In this document: one piece after another, positions 31,238 through 41,648 of the stretch
How positions within the stretch are numbered: position 1 is the first letter of the stretch
Layout of the letters: every line of letters begins with the position of its first letter
Origin: Planctomycetota bacterium
GTDB taxonomy: Bacteria; Planctomycetota; B15-G4; SIAN01
Direction of reading: 5' to 3'
Assembly: GCA_031409275.1 (NCBI GenBank)
Contig: JANNXA010000045.1
Location: 1-64,000 of the forward strand
DNA length: 64,000 nucleotides
Made by a program: the position numbers and the translations under genes
Notes under the pieces: generated by a model
Database searches by the model: none
Seen by the model: only the letters and a program-made list of their open reading frames with translations
Told to the model about the DNA's origin: nothing

Positions 31238-32959
31238 ATGTCGTTCCGCTCGCTGCTCCAGTCGAGTTCGATGGCCCTGCTCCTGCTGCCGCTGGCCGCC
31301 GCGTGCGGAGGCGGGGGCGGCGGCGGCGGCTCGACGACGTCGACGTCGGTCGAGCTGCTCGTCGGCGACGCGCCAATCGACGACCTCTCCTCCTTCGAGC
31401 TGACGCTCACCGGCCTTTTCCTCACCGAGTTCGGCGGCGGCGAGACGGGCAACCTCCTCACCGGAGCACGCACCGTCGATCTGCTGGCGCTCGTCACGCG
31501 CAGCGCACTGCTCGAGGTGCACTCGGCACCAGCTGGAACCTACGACAGCGCGCGCTTCGCCTTCGACGACACGGCGATCGTGGCGCGTGACCTCGCGGGC
31601 GCGCCGGTGGTCGTCACGGCCACCGCGGCCGGCGCTGCGGCGAACTTCTCGACGCCGCTCGTCATCGGCGCCGGCGAGCGGGCGCGCGTCCACTTCGAGC
31701 TGCCGCTCGCTGGGACCCTCACCGACGACCTCGCCCACCCGGGCCAGAAGATCTACGCGCCGGCGCTGCTGGTCACCGACCGCAAGGGCGATGACGAGCC
31801 GCTCGACGAACTACACGGCGTCATCGCTCGCGAGTTCCCCGACGATTCGCGCCTGCGGATCGCGTTGCAGGATCGCGATACAGGTGCAAGCCACGGCGAG
31901 CTCACCCTCCGCCTTTCACCGTCGACGCTGCTGCTCGACGACGACGGTGAACCGTTTGCCACCGAGCGCGCCTTCTTCGCCTTCGCGCACAGCGGCGACC
32001 GCATCGAGGCGAGCGGTGTGCTGGCCGCCGACGGCTCCTTCGACGCCGACCTCGTCCATGTCGAACGCACGCGCGGAAACGGAAACGACGACGTCGCCCG
32101 CATCCACGGCACGATCACCGACCTCGACCTCGCAGGCGACACCTTCACGCTGCGGATCCGCAACGTCGCCTTCGGCAAGAGCATCGTCGACCCGATCCTC
32201 GCAGGCCTCGGCGATCCGTCCGAGATCGAGATCTCCTACGTGGGCGCCGCGATCCAGCTGCGCGGAGACGATGCGCGCGGCGGTGACGAGAACGACCTCG
32301 CCATCGGGCAGGGCGTGAAGGTCGATTTCGAGACGTTCGTCTCCGAGCCCTTCGCGGCGCACGAGGTCGAGATCGAGGACGAGGAGGTCGAGTACGAAGG
32401 GACGATCGTGGACGCCAGCGGCCTGCCGGGAAGCTGCATCCTCCATCTCGAGCCGCACGATCCGGCCGTCGTGGCCGGTCTGGTGGACTCCTCGACGACC
32501 GACGTCGAGGTCGTCCTCGACGGCAGCGAGCGTCTCTGGCTCGACCTGCGCGGCGAGCCTGACGTCGACGTCGGACTGCTCGCCGACGAACTGCGCGTCA
32601 AGGTGCGCGGCGAGCGGTCGGGCAGCTCGTCGAACCCCACCATCGCCGCATCGTCGATCCGCGTCGAACCGGGCGAACTGCGGGGCACGGTCACGGCGGT
32701 GAACCAGTCGATCGGCACCTTCGTGGTCGACATCGACTCGCTCGACGATCCGTTCGGCGGCAGCGCGCTCCCGGATCCGGTCACGTTCCGCCTCGACGCC
32801 GACGCGTTCTTCACCGGCGACGCCGACGACGCCAGCGGCTTCTTCGCGCTCTTCGCCAACCTCGGCTCGGGCGACTCGCTCGAAGTGCGCGTCAGCGGAC
32901 TCTCCGACGGGGTCGGCGGCGCGCTGACCTGGTCGGTCGAGGCGAGCGTGACCGATTGA
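31238..32959 (+). CDS. Acidic beta-rich lipoprotein (DUF4382-like N-terminus, DUF5666-like repeats)
   Basis: AGGAG RBS, LAAC-GGGGGGG lipobox, LLVGDAP...VDLL...GTY, repeated E-x-x-G-x-I/V...V-x-G modules. Confidence 0.72.
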   Translation: MSFRSLLQSSSMALLLLPLAAACGGGGGGGGSTTSTSVELLVGDAPIDDLSSFELTLTGLFLTEFGGGETGNLLTGARTVDLLALVTRSALLEVHSAPAGTYDSARFAFDDTAIVARDLAGAPVVVTATAAGAAANFSTPLVIGAGERARVHFELPLAGTLTDDLAHPGQKIYAPALLVTDRKGDDEPLDELHGVIAREFPDDSRLRIALQDRDTGASHGELTLRLSPSTLLLDDDGEPFATERAFFAFAHSGDRIEASGVLAADGSFDADLVHVERTRGNGNDDVARIHGTITDLDLAGDTFTLRIRNVAFGKSIVDPILAGLGDPSEIEISYVGAAIQLRGDDARGGDENDLAIGQGVKVDFETFVSEPFAAHEVEIEDEEVEYEGTIVDASGLPGSCILHLEPHDPAVVAGLVDSSTTDVEVVLDGSERLWLDLRGEPDVDVGLLADELRVKVRGERSGSSSNPTIAASSIRVEPGELRGTVTAVNQSIGTFVVDIDSLDDPFGGSALPDPVTFRLDADAFFTGDADDASGFFALFANLGSGDSLEVRVSGLSDGVGGALTWSVEASVTD

Positions 32960-32966
32960 GCTGCGG

Positions 32967-35900
32967 ATGAATCGCCGCGACGACGACCTCTCGATGGCCC
33001 GCCCCGCGCATGGCGACGGCGAGGTGGCGCGCGTGCGGCTGCCCGATGGCCGTCTCGCCGTGCGCAAGCGCTTCGCGAGCGCAGCGCAGCCCGAGTTTCG
33101 CGCCGAAGTGGGCGCCCTGCTCGAAGTGGCAGCGCCGGAGATCACCCGACTGCTCGACGCCGGAGTCGATGACGACGGCCGTGCCTGGTTGGTGCGTGAA
33201 TGGGTCGAAGGCTCCTCGCTGCGCGAGGCGTTGCCCGTATCGACCGCAGCGCGCTCGCGTGTGCTGCAAGACGTGCTGGCGGGCCTCTCCGCCCTCCATC
33301 GCGCGGGACTGATCCACGCCGATCTCAAACCGGAGAACGTGCTGCTCTGCGACGATGGCAGCGCGAAGCTGTGCGACTTCGGGCTGGCGACCGCAACGCA
33401 ACTGCAAGGCGCTCTCGCCGCCGGCTCGAGCTACTACCTGCCGCCCGAACGACTCCTCGGCTGGCCGCTCGACGCGCGCGCCGATCTCTTCTCGTTCGGG
33501 CTGCTGCTCTACGAATTGCTGGGAGGCGCGCTGCCAAGCGACGCGGCCGCGTTCTACGCCCGTTTCCCGCGCGAACCGCTGCTGCCGCTGCTGCCGACCG
33601 ATCTCGCGAAGCACGGCGTCACGCCGGCGACGATCCGTGTGATCGAGCGACTCACCGCGATCGATCCGTGGCAGCGACCGGCCGATGTCGCGCAGACGCA
33701 GGCGCTGCTCGCCGCGGTCGGACTCTTGCCAACGGAAGCGACTCGTCGCCCCCGTCCGCGCCTGCGATCGGACTTCTTCCTCGCCCCGGCGATGGCGCAC
33801 GCCTCGACGCTGCTGGCCGCGGAGAGTCCGGCGCGCTGCCTCTACCTCTTGCCGCGGCGCGAGGACGGCCCCGCCTTCGAACGCGCGCTCGCGCTGGCGG
33901 CGGCGATCCATGGCGTGGCGCGCGACCTGCCCGACGCGCCGGCGCGCTCGCGCCAACGCCGCCTCAAGATCGGACGCGCCGACGCGGCCACTCTGCGCTC
34001 TTGCGGCGCGCGCATCGCCACCGGGGCCTCGTTGATGGGACTGTGGTGGAGCGAGCGGCCGCGCGCGGAGTGGTCCGAGCTGCCGCCGTGGATCACTCTG
34101 GTGCCGTTCGCATCTCCCGATCCGGCGCGGCTTGCCGCCGAACTCGCCGGCCACGTCGGCTTGCGCGACGCCCTGCCCTTGCCACTGCTGCGCCTCGCGG
34201 AAGCGCTGATCGACGAGCTCGGCCCCGACCCTGCCGCGATCGACGCGACCCTCGACGCTCTCGTGGCGCAAGGACGGCTGATGGACGATGGCGGCGGCGT
34301 CCACGCCCCGCCGCTCGCGACCCGTTGGGAGGGGTTGCCGCGTCCGGCGCTCCCCGACGTGCCGCTCGAACCGGCGCTCGCGAACCTGGTGCGCGCGCTC
34401 GAGATCGCGGACGAACCGCTGCCCGCCGCCACCTTCGAGCGCCTCGCGCAGGCGCTCGAGTGCGCGCCCGCGCGAGCGCGAGCGCAGCTCGAGCAGCTGC
34501 GACTCGCCGTTGCCGCGCCGGCGGGTTGGAGCGCCGTGCCGGGGCGCCTGCCCCCCGCCACGCCGAGCCAACGACAACAAGCGGGTGCTGCGCTGCTGGC
34601 GGCATCACCGCTCGAAGGGCCGCGACCGCGACTTCGACTGCTGGCAGCCTTCGCCGCGCAGGCGCATCGCGAGGCGGCGCAGCTGCTGGTCGACCACTGG
34701 CGCGAGCTCGCCGACGGCCGCGTCGACGCGTTGCTGCCCGAGCTTGAGCTCCTCCTCGCGACCTCGGAATGCGACAGCGCCACCCGCCATGCGATCGGCG
34801 AGTTGCTGCTGGCCGCAGGCCGCGGCGCGCGCGCCGCCACGCTCTTCGAGTCGGTCGCCGAGGAGGGTGGTGCACCGCTCGAACTGCAGTTGCGCGCGCT
34901 GCGCCGGGCCGGTGACGTCGCGCTGCTGCGCGGGAACTACGACGACGCTCGCCGCGCCTTCGAGCGTGGCTGCGCCCGTGGCAAACGCACTTCGGAGGAG
35001 CACTACTTCATCCGGGGTCTCGCCGACGCGCGCTTGCGAAGCGGCGATGCCGCGGGCGCGCTCGCGCTGCTCGAACCGCTCTTCCCGCGCGGAGCCGCGC
35101 CGACGCGCGAGCGCCTCGAAGCGGAGCCGCTGCGTGCGCTCGCGCTGTTGCGCCACGGCGACCTCGCGGCCGCCGAAGACGTACTGAAGCGCGCCATCGC
35201 GGCCACCCGACCGCTCGGCCATCCGGGCCTGCTGGCCGTCCTGTTGACCAATCTGTCGTTGGCGCAGTGGCGCAGCGGGCGCCCGCTGGTCGCCATCGAG
35301 ACCGCGCGCGAGGCGTTGTCGATCCAGGAAGAGCGCGGCCAGGCGCACGAGATCGCGGCGCTGCACCTGAACCTCGGCACCATCCTGCTCGACCTGCTGC
35401 GTTTCGACGAGGCGCGGCACCACTTCGAAGCGGCGCTCGAACTGCGCCGGGCGCTGAGCGAAGCGCGCGGCATCGCGCTGGCGCAAGCCGGAATCGCGCT
35501 GGTGGCGGTCGAACAAGGACATCTGGCCGCCGCCGCGACCGGCTTCGCGGCCGCGCGACCGATCCTCGCCGCGGTCGGGCAACCGCGCGAGCAGCTGCGC
35601 TGCGAACTCGGCCACTGCAAGGAGCGCTTTCGTTCCGGCCATTGGAGCGGTTTGACGCTTGCGCTGCGCAGCCTGGTAGCGCGCGCCGAGGCCGGCGGCC
35701 ACCTCGACGTCGCCATCGACGGCGCGCATCTGCTGCTCGAGCGGGCGCTCGCGAGTCCGGGCAACTCTGCCATCGAACGCGCGGCCGAGAACTTCGCCCT
35801 GCTCGAGCGGTTGGTGGGCACGTCGCGCGACGCGGCTGCGACCACCGCGCTGCAGATGCGCCGCGCCCAGTTGAAGCGCGCGGTGGGCGACGTGGATGGC

Positions 35901-37850
35901 GCGCTGAGCGTGCTGAACTCGGCGTTGCCGCGGCTCGCCGGCACCCCGCTCGCCATCGATGCGTCGCTGGAGGAGGTCGTGCTGCATGGACCGCCCTGCG
36001 AGATCTCGCGCATCGAAGCCGCCGAACGCGCCGCGCGCGTCACCAACCACCGCCGCGGCCTCGTGGCCGCGCTCGCCTTCCGGCGCGCGTGGCACGTCGG
36101 GCGTGGCGATCGCCACGGCGCGGCGGCGACCTTGCGCGCGCTGCAGGAGACGTTGCGCGATGCGACCGGCAGCGATTCGCCCCGCACCCAGCTGCGCGCG
36201 GCGATCGGCATGATGGCGCCGCGCGGCGACGCGGTGCGTCTGGCCGCGAACGGGCGCCACGAACCGAAAGAAGAGATGACGGCTCACCTCCAGCTGTTGC
36301 GCACGTTCCTCTCGATCAACAAGCGCCTCGCCGGCGAGGCCGACGTCGCGCGACTGCTCGACTACCTGGTCGAGACGGCGTTGTCGCTGACCGGCGCCGA
36401 GCGCGGCTTCATCGCGCTCGAAAGCGCCGGGGCGACGCGCTTCGAAGTCGGCAAGAGCGCGCGCGGCGGCGACCTTGGCGCGCCCGAGAAGGAGCTCTCG
36501 TTCAGCTTCCTGCGCCAGTGCCTCGAGAAGGGGCGCACGCTGGTCACCTCGAACGCCGGCCTCGACCCCCGTTTTCGCGAGCAGGCGAGCGTGAGCGCGC
36601 TCGACCTCCGCTCGATCGTCTGCGTGCCGATCCGCGTCGACGACGGAACGCAGGCGGCGCTCTACGTCGATCACCCCGTGCGCGAAGGCGCGTTCGGTGA
36701 GCGCGAGATCGAGCTGTGCGAGGCGCTCGCCGACCAGGCCGGGATCGCGCTGCGCAACCTCCACGCACGCCAGCGCATCGAGACGTTGAACGGCCAGCTC
36801 GCGACGCGGGTCGAAGTCCAGCAGAGCGCGCTCGAGATCGCGACTCGGCGCCTCGATCGCGCCGGCGGGGAGCCATTGGCCGCCGGCGGCGATCAGCGCT
36901 GGATCGGCGAATCGACCACGTTCGTCGCCACCGGCCGCCTGCTCGAACGCTACGCCCAGACCGACCTTTCGGTGCTGGTGCGCGGCGAGAGCGGGACGGG
37001 CAAGGAGGGGGCGGCGCGTCGCCTCCACGACCTCTCGCCACGGCGCGATCGTCCGTTCGTCAGCGAGAGCTGCACGGCGATCCCGGAGACGCTGCTCGAA
37101 GCGGAGTTCTTCGGGGTCAAGAAAGGCGCGTTCACTGGCGCCGACGCCGATCGCCCCGGGCTCTTCGAGCTGGCGCGCGGCGGCACGCTCTTCCTCGATG
37201 AGATCGGCGAGATGCCGTTGGCCCTGCAGGCGAAGCTGCTGCGCGCGCTCGAGGAACGGGCCGTGCGGCCGTTGGGAGCGCGCGAGGCGGTGGCGGTTGA
37301 CCTGCGCCTCGTCACGGCGACGAACCGCGATCTGCGAACGCTCGCGCGCGAAGGGAAGTTCCGCGAGGACCTCTACTTCCGCATCGCTGCCGCCGAGCTC
37401 GAGATGCCGCCACTGCGCGCGCGCAAGGGCGACGTCGTGCCGCTGGCGCAGAGCTTCCTCGAACAGCTGAATCGCGCGCACGCGACCACCCGCCGCTTCA
37501 CGCGCGCCGCGCTCGTCGAGCTCGACCGCTATTCATGGCCCGGCAACATCCGCCAGTTGAAGAACGAGGTGCAACGCGCCTTCGCCATCGCGGAGGACGA
37601 CGACCTCGACTGGCAGGCGCCACAAGGAGGCGTCGAACGCGCCAGCGGTTCGATGCGGTTCCCGGAGCCGCTGCCGACGCTCGCCGAACTGGAGAAGCTC
37701 GCCATCACGGAGGCGCTGACGCGCCATGACGGCGACAAGGAGGCGGCCGCCCGCGCCATCGGCATCTCGCGCGCGTCGATCTACGACAAGGTGCGCCGCT
37801 ACGACCTCGGTCCAGCTTCTGGACGTCGCAGTGCGAAGGATCCGGCGTAG
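32967..37850 (+). CDS. Ser/Thr kinase - TPR - GAF - sigma54 AAA+ activator - Fis HTH fusion
   Basis: HADLKPEN, DFG, ADLFSFG; TPR helices; GAF (AERGFI...LRSIVCVPI...LYVD); GESGTGKE, GAFTGA, FLDEIGEM, FREDLYFR, WPGNIRQL; HTH AARAIGISRASIY. Confidence 0.93.
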   Translation: MNRRDDDLSMARPAHGDGEVARVRLPDGRLAVRKRFASAAQPEFRAEVGALLEVAAPEITRLLDAGVDDDGRAWLVREWVEGSSLREALPVSTAARSRVLQDVLAGLSALHRAGLIHADLKPENVLLCDDGSAKLCDFGLATATQLQGALAAGSSYYLPPERLLGWPLDARADLFSFGLLLYELLGGALPSDAAAFYARFPREPLLPLLPTDLAKHGVTPATIRVIERLTAIDPWQRPADVAQTQALLAAVGLLPTEATRRPRPRLRSDFFLAPAMAHASTLLAAESPARCLYLLPRREDGPAFERALALAAAIHGVARDLPDAPARSRQRRLKIGRADAATLRSCGARIATGASLMGLWWSERPRAEWSELPPWITLVPFASPDPARLAAELAGHVGLRDALPLPLLRLAEALIDELGPDPAAIDATLDALVAQGRLMDDGGGVHAPPLATRWEGLPRPALPDVPLEPALANLVRALEIADEPLPAATFERLAQALECAPARARAQLEQLRLAVAAPAGWSAVPGRLPPATPSQRQQAGAALLAASPLEGPRPRLRLLAAFAAQAHREAAQLLVDHWRELADGRVDALLPELELLLATSECDSATRHAIGELLLAAGRGARAATLFESVAEEGGAPLELQLRALRRAGDVALLRGNYDDARRAFERGCARGKRTSEEHYFIRGLADARLRSGDAAGALALLEPLFPRGAAPTRERLEAEPLRALALLRHGDLAAAEDVLKRAIAATRPLGHPGLLAVLLTNLSLAQWRSGRPLVAIETAREALSIQEERGQAHEIAALHLNLGTILLDLLRFDEARHHFEAALELRRALSEARGIALAQAGIALVAVEQGHLAAAATGFAAARPILAAVGQPREQLRCELGHCKERFRSGHWSGLTLALRSLVARAEAGGHLDVAIDGAHLLLERALASPGNSAIERAAENFALLERLVGTSRDAAATTALQMRRAQLKRAVGDVDGALSVLNSALPRLAGTPLAIDASLEEVVLHGPPCEISRIEAAERAARVTNHRRGLVAALAFRRAWHVGRGDRHGAAATLRALQETLRDATGSDSPRTQLRAAIGMMAPRGDAVRLAANGRHEPKEEMTAHLQLLRTFLSINKRLAGEADVARLLDYLVETALSLTGAERGFIALESAGATRFEVGKSARGGDLGAPEKELSFSFLRQCLEKGRTLVTSNAGLDPRFREQASVSALDLRSIVCVPIRVDDGTQAALYVDHPVREGAFGEREIELCEALADQAGIALRNLHARQRIETLNGQLATRVEVQQSALEIATRRLDRAGGEPLAAGGDQRWIGESTTFVATGRLLERYAQTDLSVLVRGESGTGKEGAARRLHDLSPRRDRPFVSESCTAIPETLLEAEFFGVKKGAFTGADADRPGLFELARGGTLFLDEIGEMPLALQAKLLRALEERAVRPLGAREAVAVDLRLVTATNRDLRTLAREGKFREDLYFRIAAAELEMPPLRARKGDVVPLAQSFLEQLNRAHATTRRFTRAALVELDRYSWPGNIRQLKNEVQRAFAIAEDDDLDWQAPQGGVERASGSMRFPEPLPTLAELEKLAITEALTRHDGDKEAAARAIGISRASIYDKVRRYDLGPASGRRSAKDPA
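37810..37824. promoter_or_regulatory. Candidate enhancer palindrome inside the 3' end of the activator CDS
   Basis: GTCCAGCTTCTGGAC, a perfect GTCCAG-N3-CTGGAC palindrome, about 85 bp upstream of the -24 element. Confidence 0.5.
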
Positions 37851-37907
37851 GCGCTCCAAGGCTGCGGGAGCTCCCGGAGGAATCGATTGCTATCCGCACA
37901 TGGGCGA

Positions 37908-37923
37908 TGGCGCGTCGCTTGCA
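37908..37923 (+). promoter_or_regulatory. Sigma54 (-24/-12) promoter
   Basis: TGGCGCGTCGCTTGCA has GG-N10-GC spacing and lies 40 bp upstream of the ATG at 37964. Confidence 0.8.
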
Positions 37924-37963
37924 CGGCATTGGCGCTCCCCCGCTTCGATGGAATCCTCCCGCC

Positions 37964-39754
37964 ATGCGACTTCGCAACCTGCGCCGAGTTCTTGCACTGC
38001 TTGCAGCGTGGCCCGCCGTCACGTTCGCGCAAGGCAGCCCTGGCTCCGCGCGAATCGTCGTCCTCGACGAGCGGACGCTGACGCTGCAGTCGTTTCGCGA
38101 GGACACGCTCGCGCTCACGGGCCGGCCGGGACCCGATCGCTGCAAGCTGAGGCCGCTGACGCTGGTGTCGCGAGACGGAGCCGACCTCCTCGATCTCACG
38201 CTGCCGCAGCAGAGCGACGAGCTCGGCGTCACGTCGATCGCGCTCCCCGATGGTGGCTGGCTGCTCCGCTACCGCGACCCGAAGAACCTCCGCGGCGGCG
38301 TGCTGTGGGTCAGCGCGGCGGGCCGCTGCAACGTGCTGCTCGAGCAGCCGCTGGTCAACGGACAGGATCGATTGCTGGCGAACATCGCGGTGTCGCCGTT
38401 CGAAGCGCGCGCCGCCGTCATCGAGAACGAGAACCTGACCGGGCGCGGCGACGTCTGGTTGCTGCGCTTCGATGGCTCCGACTTCGCGTCGAGCGGCACG
38501 CCGGCGTACTGCGTCACTTCCTCGCTGGCCGGCCCCGACGCCGAACCCGACTCGATGGTGTTCGCCAAGGGCGCGCTGTTCTTCGCCGAGAGCGATCGAT
38601 TCCTGCGCCGCGCACCCAGCGATGGCAGCGGCGCCGCGCTCTCACTCAAGCTGCCGAAGTCGGCGGGTCTCGTGCCCGCCGAGATCAGCAACGAGATCGC
38701 CGTCAGCCGCGATGGCTCGACGCTGGCGTTCCAGGCCGGACTGAGCGAGGCGTCGTGGGACCTCTACGTCGCGACCGCGGCTGGAGTCGTCACGAACCTG
38801 TCGAAGGCGCCAAGCCAGTTCAACATCGCCGGCCACACCACCAGCGAATCGACCGGTCCGCTGATGGCGCTGTCGGACGATGGCGCGACGCTCCTCTACG
38901 CCGACGACGTCCCCGACCTCGAGCTCTTCAGCCGCCCCACCGACGGCAGCGCCGCGCCGATCCAGTTCACGACCGACCGCGAGTTCGAGCATTCGCTCGC
39001 CGATGGGAGCACGGTCATCGCGATGTTCGGCGGACCGCTCTTCTCGTTCGGCGAAGCGGGCTTCCATCGCGATTTCTATCGAGCGACCTTCAGCGGCGGG
39101 ACGGCGGCCGTGAGCAACCTCACGGCGACCTCGGGTGCCACGACGGCCCCCTTCCCGAAAGGCGCCCTGCTGCAGCCGACGATCGCGGCGCGCACGAGCG
39201 GCAGCGGTCTGGTGATGGTCGATCTGCTGGGACTCGGCGCCGGCAATCCGAGCTTCGATGTCTGGACGCTCGACGCGGCCGGCAGCGCTCCGTTGCTGAA
39301 CGGCCTGAAGCTCGCGCCGAGATTCCTGCGCGGAGGACCGGCGGCGGCACCCGTACTGCTGGCGGCGGTGACGACGGCTGGCGGCGATCAGATCTGGCGC
39401 CTGCCCGACACGCCGGCGGGAGCGGCGCAGTTCGTCGTCGACGCGCCCGGGCTCTCGTTGCGCGGGGTCGCGCTTCGTGACGATGGCAGCGAGATCGCGT
39501 TCGTCGTTTCCGGCGGCGCCGGACTCGAGCAGGTGGCGGCCGTCGACCTGGCGAGCGGCCGGCTGCGCCTGCTGACGCCGCAGCCCGGCTTCGCGGGCGC
39601 TTCGGCGGCCTACTCGCCGACCGGACGGGTGCTCTTCACCTTCTCGACGATCACGTCAGCGCCACTCTTCGCGTTCGCCGAGTCCCCCGCCGGCAGCGGC
39701 ATCGCCCGCAAGCTGGCCGGGGCGGGCACGGCGCCGCGCTTCCTGACGCGCTGA
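37964..39754 (+). CDS. Exported beta-propeller-like (TolB-like) hypothetical protein
   Basis: Signal peptide ending AQ; repeated S.DG..LAF/LLY/IAF blade motifs. Confidence 0.68.
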   Translation: MRLRNLRRVLALLAAWPAVTFAQGSPGSARIVVLDERTLTLQSFREDTLALTGRPGPDRCKLRPLTLVSRDGADLLDLTLPQQSDELGVTSIALPDGGWLLRYRDPKNLRGGVLWVSAAGRCNVLLEQPLVNGQDRLLANIAVSPFEARAAVIENENLTGRGDVWLLRFDGSDFASSGTPAYCVTSSLAGPDAEPDSMVFAKGALFFAESDRFLRRAPSDGSGAALSLKLPKSAGLVPAEISNEIAVSRDGSTLAFQAGLSEASWDLYVATAAGVVTNLSKAPSQFNIAGHTTSESTGPLMALSDDGATLLYADDVPDLELFSRPTDGSAAPIQFTTDREFEHSLADGSTVIAMFGGPLFSFGEAGFHRDFYRATFSGGTAAVSNLTATSGATTAPFPKGALLQPTIAARTSGSGLVMVDLLGLGAGNPSFDVWTLDAAGSAPLLNGLKLAPRFLRGGPAAAPVLLAAVTTAGGDQIWRLPDTPAGAAQFVVDAPGLSLRGVALRDDGSEIAFVVSGGAGLEQVAAVDLASGRLRLLTPQPGFAGASAAYSPTGRVLFTFSTITSAPLFAFAESPAGSGIARKLAGAGTAPRFLTR

Positions 39755-39800
39755 GACGCGCGCCAGGAAGGGGCTGGCGAAGGGCGTCGCGGCGTACCGT

Positions 39801-41372
39801 CTACGACTGGTCGAGCGTGTAGCTCACCGCCTCGATGCCCGGACGCCCCGCCATCTGGCTCTGCTCCCACTTGATGAAGTCGGAGCGCACGCCCATGACG
39901 TTGCTGTAGCGGATCGTGTAGTGCGTCCAGTCCTTCGCCATCAGCTCGTCGGACAGCTCGCGCTCGTGCTCCAGCAGCCCCGCCTTGCGCTTGTCCCAGG
40001 TCGCCTTGTCCATCGCCTCGACTTCGCGGACGAGCTCCTGGTAGATCGGTGCGCATGGCCAGTCGGTCCGCGCATTGACCCACCACGTGCACAGCTTCCC
40101 GAGCTTCTCGAGGAAGAGGTCGTGCTCGGGGCTGAAGTTGAGGCAGCTGCCGTCGAAGTAGTTGCCTAGCCCCTTCATCTTCGATTCATCGATCAGCGGC
40201 TTGGCGATGTCGTAGCCGACCGTTCCCTTGAACGGGAAGAAGATGGCCCAGCGGAAGCGGCCGAGCTTCACCTTCGCGCACAGCTCGAACGTGTCGAGGA
40301 TCTCGGCGCGCCCTTCGTGAGGCAGACCGAACATGATGAAGGCGGAGGTGTGCAGGTCGTACTTGTGCGCGTTCGCGAAGCTGTCCTCGATCTGCTGGTT
40401 CGTCATGTAGCGGTGCAGGACGTCGCGGCGGATGCGATCGTTGCCCGACTCGAGCCCGAACTTCACGATCATGCAGCCCGCTTCCTTCAGGTAGCGCGCC
40501 GAGGCGTCATCGAAGCAGTTGACGTGGCCGTTGACGACGAACGGGAGGCCGACGTTCGCTTCCTGGTAGGCCTTGCAGAACTTCTTCACGTACGGCTTGT
40601 TCAGCGTGAAGAGGTCGTCGTCGAAGATGAACGTCTTGATCTGCGGGTAGCGCCCGCGCAGATCCTTCAGCTCGGCGATCTGGCGCTCGATCGGGAAGCT
40701 GCGCAGGAACTCCTTCGGCCCCTTCGCCGCGCCGTCGGCGACGTACTGGTCGACGATCTCGAGGTTGAAGCAATAGGTGCACTTGTAGGGGCAGCCGCGC
40801 GAAGTGAGGATCCCCATCCACCCCTTCGTCGCCGCCAGCACCTTCGGCATGTCGAAGACTTCGTAGTCGAGCGCCGGCAGCGTGTCGAGGCCCGGGAATG
40901 GCGCAACCGGCTTGATCTTCTTCTCGCCGCCGACCCAGCTTCGGATGCCGTTCACCTCGGTCGGGTCGCCGCCCTTCACGAGCGCGTCCATCACGTCGAC
41001 GAGCGCATAGTCGCCCTCGCCGATGCAGACGTAGTCCCACAGCTTCGACTCGTGCACTTCGTCCGGCACCATCGTGCAGTGGACGCCGCCGATGATCTGC
41101 TTCAACTCGGGGAACGCGGCGCGGATCGCCTTGCCCGCCTCGATGCACCAGTCGTACTGCATCGAGAGCGCGGAGAAGCCGATCAGGCCGGGCTTGGTCT
41201 CGCGCACGTAGTCGACGACCTGCGCCATCGTCGGCACCGGCTCGAGCTTCTCGCAAACGTGCCAGAGGTCCATCTCGTGGCCGCGCGACTTCACGACGCC
41301 CGCGAGCGAAGCGATGCCGTGGTTGCTGCCAGCCGGCGCGTCGAGGCTCGGGTAGAGCAGAAGGATCTTCAT
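39801..41372 (-). CDS. Cobalamin-binding radical SAM protein (class B methyltransferase-like)
   Basis: N-terminal B12-binding domain (IGFS, GGVH, GEGD), TSRGCPYKCTYC, FDDDLF, GLESG, MFGLP. Confidence 0.92.
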   Translation of the reverse strand: MKILLLYPSLDAPAGSNHGIASLAGVVKSRGHEMDLWHVCEKLEPVPTMAQVVDYVRETKPGLIGFSALSMQYDWCIEAGKAIRAAFPELKQIIGGVHCTMVPDEVHESKLWDYVCIGEGDYALVDVMDALVKGGDPTEVNGIRSWVGGEKKIKPVAPFPGLDTLPALDYEVFDMPKVLAATKGWMGILTSRGCPYKCTYCFNLEIVDQYVADGAAKGPKEFLRSFPIERQIAELKDLRGRYPQIKTFIFDDDLFTLNKPYVKKFCKAYQEANVGLPFVVNGHVNCFDDASARYLKEAGCMIVKFGLESGNDRIRRDVLHRYMTNQQIEDSFANAHKYDLHTSAFIMFGLPHEGRAEILDTFELCAKVKLGRFRWAIFFPFKGTVGYDIAKPLIDESKMKGLGNYFDGSCLNFSPEHDLFLEKLGKLCTWWVNARTDWPCAPIYQELVREVEAMDKATWDKRKAGLLEHERELSDELMAKDWTHYTIRYSNVMGVRSDFIKWEQSQMAGRPGIEAVSYTLDQS

Positions 41373-41648
41373 CCGGCGTGCGCTCCGGGAACAAGTCAGA
41401 GCAGCGAAGCCCCCGCGAACCAACGCGGCGACGCCTCCGGAAAACGGCTCTCCAGAGGGCTCCTCCCTCGAAACAGGACCAAACTCATACAGATTCGAGC
41501 AGTCGATGCAACGCGCGCATTCGCACGGAGTTGTGGCGGGCGCGGTCGCTTCGGAACCAACTTCTCACCGCGCCCAGGCGTTTCGGCTCCGGATGGAGCG
41601 CCTTGTGACGATTCCTAGGTAGCCACCCCAACGTCGGAGTCCGCCGCC

